From Eledone cirrhosa (lineage: Eukaryota): 64,000 nucleotides of DNA. Location of the stretch: positions 30,876,001-30,940,000 of the forward strand of contig OZ024746.1 in NCBI GenBank assembly GCA_964016885.1. Reading direction: 5' to 3'. Positions 56,548 to 64,000 of this stretch are shown here, piece after piece; within the stretch, counting starts at the first letter, position 1, and every line of letters begins with the position of its first letter. A program made the translations under genes and the position numbers. The notes beneath the pieces were generated by a model. The model made no database searches and had not been told where the DNA came from. It saw nothing but the letters and a program-made list of their open reading frames with translations.

Positions 56548-59500
56548 CTACAGGCTTATGTAAAGAGAAGGCCCATTCACACGGGCCATTCTCGCCACTT
56601 TCACCCACCTTTCATAAAAACGACTGGGGTGGAGCACCTCTCTCTCCATGCTGATCCTTCTTCCGAAATGATATCGGAAGAAACGGACCAGTTGTTGGCC
56701 AGAGAGAAAGGTGCCTGACCTCAGTCCTTTCAGACGCGTCCACCATACAACTTCTTTCACCATAGCTATTACGCACAGAAACACCGCCTCTCCTTCATCT
56801 TTGAAGGGGGGAGGCGGCTTGATTATTACAATAGACTCGGTGGTCAACCGGATCGGTCCCACCCTTGACAGCAGTTGTTCGACATAGCCCCACAGATCGG
56901 CTACGCCCGAGCAGTGTACCAATGCGTGTGCAACGGTTTCCTCGTCGCACACGCATCTGGGACAGATCTTTTTGGCGGGGTCCCTACCCGGGCGCCCGTG
57001 TCTGTAGAGCTTTTCTCGAACGGGTAGAGCCCCTCGGTAGCACTGCCAGGCCAGGGACTTCTGGAAGTTGTCCATAGGTCCTGGGCTGAATGTCCTACCG
57101 AACAGGTTGGCCAGTTCGTCCTCCTCCATGTCTAGGGCTTCTCCGAGGGCGTCGTCGCACCTGCTGCGTACCAGCCCTCTATAGAATGTTGCGGTGGAGT
57201 CTCCACTGATAACCGGATCCGCCTGCCAGAGGGCGGTGAGCGCCTGGGCACACTCAGTGTGCCAGGCGCCCAGTTTTCTCGGTCTTTGCTTGACCCAGGA
57301 TTGCAGCTCGGTGAGTGAGACGAGTCTGGGAAAGGTTCGTCTCACAAACGAGGCCCATACCGGTTGACCGGTGAGGAATACGTAGAGGTGCCGTAGCCTT
57401 AATGCGTGTTTACGCATCATTAGCCACGGCATCCCCAGCCCTCCTTTCGAAGGGTGTTGACAGCAGATGGATCTCCTCACCATAGGAGCCCGCCTCTTCC
57501 AAAGGAATTGGAAGAGCGCGCGCTCCATCTTGGTGAGGGTTTCCCTTGGGCAGGGCACTACGGTCAGGCGGTAGTAGATGACGGACGCTATATAGGTGTT
57601 CGCCACCTCCGCCCGACCTTTCAGGGATAGTTTGCAACTGGCCCACTTCTGGGTCAGTGCAAACACCCTGTTCGTAACCTCCGCCCAGTTTTTCTCCACC
57701 TGGAGGTCCGGTCCGAACCAGACCCCGAGCAACTTCACCGGGCCCTCCGTCCAGCGTCCGACGACGTCATCGGAGGGCATCGGTCTGCCCCTCCACGTGC
57801 CGAGTTGCAAACCGATCGACTTGTCCCGGTTCAGCTTAGCCCCTGTGAACCTTTCGTACTCCTCCAGTAAGGTGCCGACCGCCTCGATTTCGGAGGCCGT
57901 CGACACCATTACTGTCACGTCATCGGCGTAGGCCGACACCGCTTTCCGCAATCCCGGTTCCAAAGGGATGCCCTGCAACAACTCCAACTTCCGCAGTAGT
58001 GGCTCGAGAGTCAACACATACAGAAGGGAGGAGAGAGGGCACCCTTGTCGGATGGACCGCGCGATTTTGAACGGCTCCGAGAGGTAGCCGTTCACCTTGA
58101 CCCTAGAGCAGATGCGGCTGCTGTGCATAGCAGTGATCCAGCCCCTGAAAACGGGTCCGAAGCCTGCCGCCGCTAGCACCGCATCCAGGTAACCATGGTC
58201 GACCCTATCGAACGCCTTAGATTGATCCAAGTTGATCAGAGCCCCACCAAAGCCGGGTTCGTTCCCAACACTCTCTATGATGTATCGCATGAGGTGGAGG
58301 TTGTCATGGATGGACCTGGACGGGATAGCGCATGTCTGCGCATCTCCCACCAGGTTGCCCACGACAAGCGCCAACCTCTTTGCTAGCACCTTGGCCAAAA
58401 TCTGTAACTCTGTATTTAGCAGAGTTATGGGCCTGAAGTTACTTATTTCGTCCCCCTTGTTCTCGTCCTTCCTCACTAGCGTGACTACGCCCTTGGTCAC
58501 AGTACAGGGAATTCTCCCGTTCTGTTGCCAGTTGCAGTAGACCGCCTCGAGGAGTTCGGGGAACAAGTCCGGCATAGCTAGATATAATTCGTAAGGAAGA
58601 CCATCGAGACCCGGGGATTTGCGTTTGCCACATTGGCCCAGCACGTCTTCTATCTCAGCGGCCGAAATCGGCTCCTCGCAGGACTTCGCCTCCCTGTCCG
58701 AGAGACGCGGCAGGCCGTCGAGGTATGGACCGAAGTCCACATTCCCAACCGGCTCCCCGCCCCTCCCGAACAGTCTTGCAAAGTGCCTTTGAAAGGCCTC
58801 ACACATCTGCTTAGGCTCAAGAATCGCCCGTCCATCCAGGTCTCGCAAAGACCGGATAGTGGATTTAGTTCCACTGTTGGCCTCTGTCACGCGGGCCCAG
58901 CTAACAGCTTTGGTCCCCTCGTTCCCTCGAGCACGTATTTTACTTCGGACAACGCAGCCTTCGTGCTTCGCGTCGAAAAACTGGCTCAAAGCCGTTCTCG
59001 ACGCTAGCACTCTGGCCACGTCGCCGCTTCTAATTGCCTCTTCTACTCTATCTATTAGCTCCCTTTCCTTCCTATTCCTATCCGCAGCTAGAACCTTACT
59101 AAATTCTATCGAGACTACTCTAATCTCTCTCTTTAGAGATACCCACCACCTGCTGTTGACGATCGCTCCAGTCAATCGTTCCTTAACTAACGTACTAATC
59201 CGATCCCTGTAGGCTCTACTTGCCGGCAAGGACAAGTTGAGCTTCCAGTAACCGGGGCCCTGTCTATGCGTTCTATCAAGGTTGACCATGCAGGTCACCA
59301 ACTTGTGGTCTGAATAGCCAACCATGAGCATTTCTGGACAACTTAAAAAGTCCCTGTCCTTATTTCTAACTAAAAATCTATCTAGGTACGATCTAGATGA
59401 TCCGCTGCGATTTGACCAAGACCAGGTTGGCACCGTCGGAAAATCTAGTCGAAATCTATCGGCCAGGTCAAATCGGCCGAGTAACCCCTTGAGGCTGTTG

Positions 59501-59985
59501 CACCCCTCTCTGTCGGGACATGCCCCTGCATAGTCCCAACGTGCATCCAGGATACCATTCCAATCCCCCACTAAAAGCAGGGAACGGGACGTCCCTAGAA
59601 AAGACTCCAGACGCTGGAAAAAGTCGGGCCGCTCTGTCCCAAAAGGGGCATATGCGGCTACCAGCCTAAAGGCTCCACCTTCACCACTGCCAAGGTCCAG
59701 CACCACCAGTCGACCCCCTAGGTCCAAGTGAACTATCTGTGTTGCAAGGCCCATATGTTTTTGCAGCAGAACGACAACCCCACCCCCACCTCCGGGCTGA
59801 CAGAGAGATGCGTGCATCTCAAAGTCATCAAAGGTGGGGGCTAGCTGTCGCATGCTGCTGATCCGGGCCTCGCAGATAACCATCACATTTATAGATTGTG
59901 ACCTGAGGTCATTTAGAAGCATTGCTTGCTTCCAAGACGAGCCCAGGCCACGCGCATTTAGACATCCTACTCTTAGCACGGCCAT
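56548..59985 (-). CDS. LINE ORF2: AP endonuclease + reverse transcriptase + C-terminal zinc finger
   Basis: LNARGL, GDWN, SYLDR, SDH (APE); KSPGLDG, FRPITLLN, DQSKAFDRV, RQGCPLS, YADD (RT); CPRC...H...C; probable ATG at 59985 (MAVLRVGCLN); uninterrupted. Confidence 0.97.
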   Translation of the reverse strand: MAVLRVGCLNARGLGSSWKQAMLLNDLRSQSINVMVICEARISSMRQLAPTFDDFEMHASLCQPGGGGGVVVLLQKHMGLATQIVHLDLGGRLVVLDLGSGEGGAFRLVAAYAPFGTERPDFFQRLESFLGTSRSLLLVGDWNGILDARWDYAGACPDREGCNSLKGLLGRFDLADRFRLDFPTVPTWSWSNRSGSSRSYLDRFLVRNKDRDFLSCPEMLMVGYSDHKLVTCMVNLDRTHRQGPGYWKLNLSLPASRAYRDRISTLVKERLTGAIVNSRWWVSLKREIRVVSIEFSKVLAADRNRKERELIDRVEEAIRSGDVARVLASRTALSQFFDAKHEGCVVRSKIRARGNEGTKAVSWARVTEANSGTKSTIRSLRDLDGRAILEPKQMCEAFQRHFARLFGRGGEPVGNVDFGPYLDGLPRLSDREAKSCEEPISAAEIEDVLGQCGKRKSPGLDGLPYELYLAMPDLFPELLEAVYCNWQQNGRIPCTVTKGVVTLVRKDENKGDEISNFRPITLLNTELQILAKVLAKRLALVVGNLVGDAQTCAIPSRSIHDNLHLMRYIIESVGNEPGFGGALINLDQSKAFDRVDHGYLDAVLAAAGFGPVFRGWITAMHSSRICSRVKVNGYLSEPFKIARSIRQGCPLSSLLYVLTLEPLLRKLELLQGIPLEPGLRKAVSAYADDVTVMVSTASEIEAVGTLLEEYERFTGAKLNRDKSIGLQLGTWRGRPMPSDDVVGRWTEGPVKLLGVWFGPDLQVEKNWAEVTNRVFALTQKWASCKLSLKGRAEVANTYIASVIYYRLTVVPCPRETLTKMERALFQFLWKRRAPMVRRSICCQHPSKGGLGMPWLMMRKHALRLRHLYVFLTGQPVWASFVRRTFPRLVSLTELQSWVKQRPRKLGAWHTECAQALTALWQADPVISGDSTATFYRGLVRSRCDDALGEALDMEEDELANLFGRTFSPGPMDNFQKSLAWQCYRGALPVREKLYRHGRPGRDPAKKICPRCVCDEETVAHALVHCSGVADLWGYVEQLLSRVGPIRLTTESIVIIKPPPPFKDEGEAVFLCVIAMVKEVVWWTRLKGLRSGTFLSGQQLVRFFRYHFGRRISMEREVLHPSRFYERWVKVARMARVNGPSLYISL

Positions 59986-60421
59986 GTTGGTGGTATGGAG
60001 AAAAGGCACTTACCTCTCTGCGTCCCGGGAAACGGGCCGCTCAATTTCCATGCTGGTTGGGGATGGGTTGTTGGGTGGGGTGGTGGTTTGTGGAAGTGAA
60101 GGGGCATCGGTGTGTTGTGGGGTTGGGATGTTTGTGGTTGAGTGGGTGTCTGGGTGGGATGGGGGGGGTGAATTTTTTTAGGAGGACGCGGTTGATTGGT
60201 TTGGCGCAGGGGGGGGGGGGGCACGTCCTCCGTGAAATTTATTTTCAGTGTTTTGTACAAGTTCATTGGGACTTTTATCATTTTTAAATGAGGTAGTCCC
60301 ACAGCAGTTATAAAGTTTGGCCCTTCAGTTTGGACCGAAGGGTTTGCTGAAATTGTTTTCCGTAATTCTTTGTTGTCTGTGTTCATGTATGTGTATTGTA
60401 AGGTCTTTTTTTGTGTAGCAG

Positions 60422-61650
60422 TTAGTGTTGTGTGACAGGGAGGGGTGGTTTGTGTGTAGTTTGTGTTCTCTTGGGGGGGGGGGGGGGGTTAAAGTTAACA
60501 TGTGTGTCTGTGGTGCGTCTCCTCTTCTTTCTTTTTACTTGTTGGAAGGGATCTTTTTCGTCTTGCGACGAAAGGGGTTCGTCTTCCTTGTTGGGTGGGA
60601 GGGGTATGTTTTCTGGTAGTGTTTGCGGTGTGCGTGTTTTTGTATTTGTTTTGGGTGGGGAGGGATTGGGTGGGACAGTATTCTGTGTTATTTTTTCACG
60701 TGTTTGTTGTTGTTGTTGTTGTGGTGGTGGTGGTGGGGTTGTTGGTTTTTGTTGTTGTTGTTGTAGTTGGGGTGGTGTTGGTGTTGGTAGCAGTGTTTTT
60801 TTCTGTGTGAGCTGGGGACAGGCAGCCCTCAGGTGACCTCTATTGCCACAGAGGTAACAGGAGGGACGCCTACCCTCCACGATAATGTTGAGGTGGGTAC
60901 GGTCATCCAGCATGACGCGCTCAGGGATTTGGGCGATGCGTTCTGGCCTTATTTGGGTCAGAACTTCGATGCTCGTTCCACTGAACGCGTCGCCGGATGC
61001 CTTCCCTATTGAAATGAGGTTGTCCTCGTCTAAATTGAGGAAACCGGTTAGTAACCACCAGTAGTTTATGTTTGGGGTGATGGTGGTTATCCATATCCTC
61101 TGGGTTTTTTTACCCATGTAGGTGGGGAAGAAGGTGTAGTGTGTGGACCGAATTGGCGACACAGAGTATTTTTTTGCCGCCAATTCGTCTTTCATCAATA
61201 TGGATAAACTCCCATAGAGTTTATCCTTTTGTATAAAAGTGATATCTCTCATCGCGTCTTTCAAGACTAACTGAGTTTCCGCTTGAGATGGTTGCGCTGG
61301 TTTCTTTGTTTTATTTAAAATTGTTCGGAATACGACAGTTCGTAATTCCGTCTGTCTTTTTAGCTCCGGAGGTGAATGTATAGAAAACGAACCGTTTTCG
61401 CCAAAAGATACATATTTCTTGGCTTTTTCCAGCATTTCTTTTGCTTTTGAAATATCTTCCAGCACATAAGCGACTGATAATTTAGCCGTTTGTGCAAAAG
61501 ATATTTTGTTTTCGCTTTGGATTTTAGTATTGTTTTGTTTCTCGTCGTTTGAGTTGTTTTCATCTTTGTTGTTGTTGTTGTCTTTCTCGTTTGGTGTGTG
61601 GATACTTGTGACGTTTGTGTTGTTGTTGTTTTTGTTGTCTTTATTGTTGC

Positions 61651-61681
<31 letters not shown>

Positions 61682-61861
61682 GTTGTTTTCAAATTCTTGT
61701 GTAGTTGTGGCTACATCTAGTGGTCGGTCAACAGGTGAAGACCATTCTCCCTCTCTCTGACCTCTGCCTTTGGCATCTGCTGCTGTGACAGTGGCAGGGG
61801 GAAGCTGTGAGTATGACTTCCCCTTTCCTTCTTTGATTGATGGTGAAGATGCTTCAGCCAT
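60422..61861 (-). CDS. LINE ORF1 (gag-like, CCHC zinc knuckle)
   Basis: VEGRRPSCYLCGNRGHLRAAC knuckle; basic KRKKRRR segment; ATG at 61861; lies upstream of ORF2; probably continues to 59973 after a frameshift. Confidence 0.85.
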
Positions 61862-62084
61862 TTTTCTCAAAATAGGGTTTTTCGAAGTTTTTCGAAAGAT
61901 AAAATGTTCACAATACTATTTCGCCCAAAGGCGCAGAATATTTTGAGAGACCGACCAGATCAAAGTTTGACCTGGCAGTCCCTCTACAAAATGGTACAAA
62001 AATGAAAGTTTATAGTTTACAATTTTCGTATGAATTTAAACAAAAACTTACCGAGCGAGCTCAGCACATGTGTCCATCGTAAAG

Positions 62085-64000
62085 AGATAGATAGATAGAT
62101 AGATAGGTTTCTTTTATTTGCCACTAGGGCATCAAAAGTGGGACAAGTACAAAGGGGGAGTTTACACAAAAAGGCGTCCTCAATAAGGAGGAGGCAATAA
62201 CAAAATATAAAAATAAAATAAGATATAACAAAAAATAAAATTTTTAACAAAATCCTCAATAGAGAGGAGGCGCCTTGGGGGGTCGCACACACCCCCGAAA
62301 AAAGTGTGCAACCCTTCTCCTCAGGAGCACAGAGAAGGGGTGCTCCCTTGGTCTTTCATCTTCCTCACCTATAGTCTGATGTAGAGTGAAGGCCCATTCA
62401 CACGGGCCATTCTCGCCACTTTCACCCATCTTTCATAGAAACGGCTGGGGTGCAGCACCTCTCTCTCCATCCTGCTCCTTCTTCCGAAATGATAACGGAA
62501 GAAACGGACCAGTTGTTGGCCAGAGAGAAAGGTGCCTGACCTCAGTCCTTTCAGACGCGTCCACCATACAACCTCTTTCGCCATGGCTATTACGCACAGA
62601 AACACCGCCTCTGCTTCATCTTTGAAGGGGGGAGGCGGCTTGATCATTACAATAGACTCGATGGTCAACCGGATCGGTCCCACCCTTGACAGCAGTTGTT
62701 CGACATAGCCCCACAGATCGGCTACGCCCGAGCAGTGTACCAATGCGTGTGCAACGGCTTCCTCGTCGCACACGCATCTGGGACAGATCTTTTTGGCGGG
62801 GTCCCTACCCGGGCGCCCGTGTCTGTAGAGCCTTTCTCGAACGGGTAAAGCCCCTCGGTAGCACTGCCAGGCCAGGGACTTCTGGAAGTTGTCCATAGGT
62901 CCCGGGCTGAATGTCCTACCGAACAGGATGGCCAGTTCGTCCTCCTCCATGTCTAGGGCTTCTCCGAGGGCGTCGTCGCACCTGCTGCGTACCAGCCCTC
63001 TATAGAATGTTGCGGTGGAGTCTCCACTGATAACCGGATCCGCCTGCCAGAGGGCGGTGAGCGCCTGGGCACACTCAGTGTGCCAGGCGCCCAGTTTTCT
63101 CGGTCTTTGCTTGACCCAGGATTGCAGCTCGGTGAGTGAGACGAGTCTGGGAAAGGTTCGTCTCACAAACGAGGCCCACACCGGTTGTCCGGTGAGGAAT
63201 ACGTAGAGGTGCCGTAGCCTTAATGCGTGTTTACGCATCATTAGCCACGGCATCCCCAGCCCTCCTTTCGAAGGGTGTTGACAGCAGATGGATCTCCTCA
63301 CCATAGGAGCCCGCCTCTTCCAAAGGAATTGGAAGAGCGCGCGCTCCATCTTGGTGAGGGTTTCCCTTGGGCAGGGCACTACGGTCAGGCGGTAGTAGAT
63401 GACGGACGCTATGTAGGTGTTCGCCACCTCCGCCCGACCTTTCAGGGATAGTTTGCAACTGGCCCACTTCTGGGTCAGTGCAAACACCCTGTTCGTAACC
63501 TCCGCCGCCCAGCTTTTCTCCACCTGGAGGTCCGGTCCGAACCAGACCCCGAGCAACTTCACCGGGCCCTCCGTCCAGCGTCCGACGACGCCATCGGAGG
63601 GCATCGGTCTGCCCCTCCACGTGCCGAGTTGCAAACCGATCGACTTGTCCCGGTTCAGCTTAGCCCCTGTGAACTTTTCGTACTCCTCCAGTAAGGTGCC
63701 GACCGCCTCGATTTCGGAGGCTGTCGACACCATTACTGTCACGTCATCGGCGTAGGCCGACACCGCTTTCCGCAATCCCGGTTCCAAAGGGATGCCCTGC
63801 AACAACTCCAACTTCCGCAGTAGTGGCTCGAGAGTCAACACATACAGAAGGGAGGAGAGAGGGCACCCTTGTCGGATGGACCGCGCGATTTTGAACGGCT
63901 CCGAGAGGTAGCCGTTCACCTTGACCCTAGAGCAGATGCGGCTGCTGTGCATAGCAGTGATCCAGCCCCTGAAAACGGGTCCGAAGCCTGCCGCCGCTAG
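62085..64000 (-). mobile_element. Second Tx1-type copy (3' part of ORF2 and 3' UTR), head-to-tail with the first; runs off the window end
   Basis: ORF ending at 62369 is nearly identical to the ORF2 C-terminal half; (TATC)n tail at 62085-62106. Confidence 0.95.

Overview
Eukaryotic, AT-rich, microsatellite-saturated DNA. The SINE families, the dense (TA)n/(TG)n/(TATG)n tracts and the Tx1 LINEs suggest an octopod cephalopod genome (inference). Almost all ORFs in the supplied track are microsatellite artefacts. The recognisable coding material is: a near-full-length L1/Tx1-type LINE (about 56228-62082, minus; ORF1 with a CCHC knuckle, ORF2 APE-RT-zinc finger) with a second copy head-to-tail; 3' fragments of related Tx1 families; two R4/Dong-like RLE LINE fragments; RTE-like remnants; Tc1/mariner remnants; two hAT-type MITEs; and one or two candidate host exons on the minus strand. 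The main unexplained signal is a dense population of short (0.15-1.5 kb), non-coding elements, mostly embedded in (TA)n. They fall into more than a dozen sequence-unrelated families and carry type I hammerhead ribozyme (HHR) folds: CUGANGA - stem II - GAAA - usually palindromic stem III - NUH - stem I. They occur as 1.1-2.2 tandem units and/or fold-back inversions whose turn points sit at the ribozyme, and many share a GAGTRCT motif near the terminus. This resembles a retrozyme / non-autonomous Penelope-like system. All folds were read by eye; no folding program, alignment or database search was run, and element boundaries are approximate.
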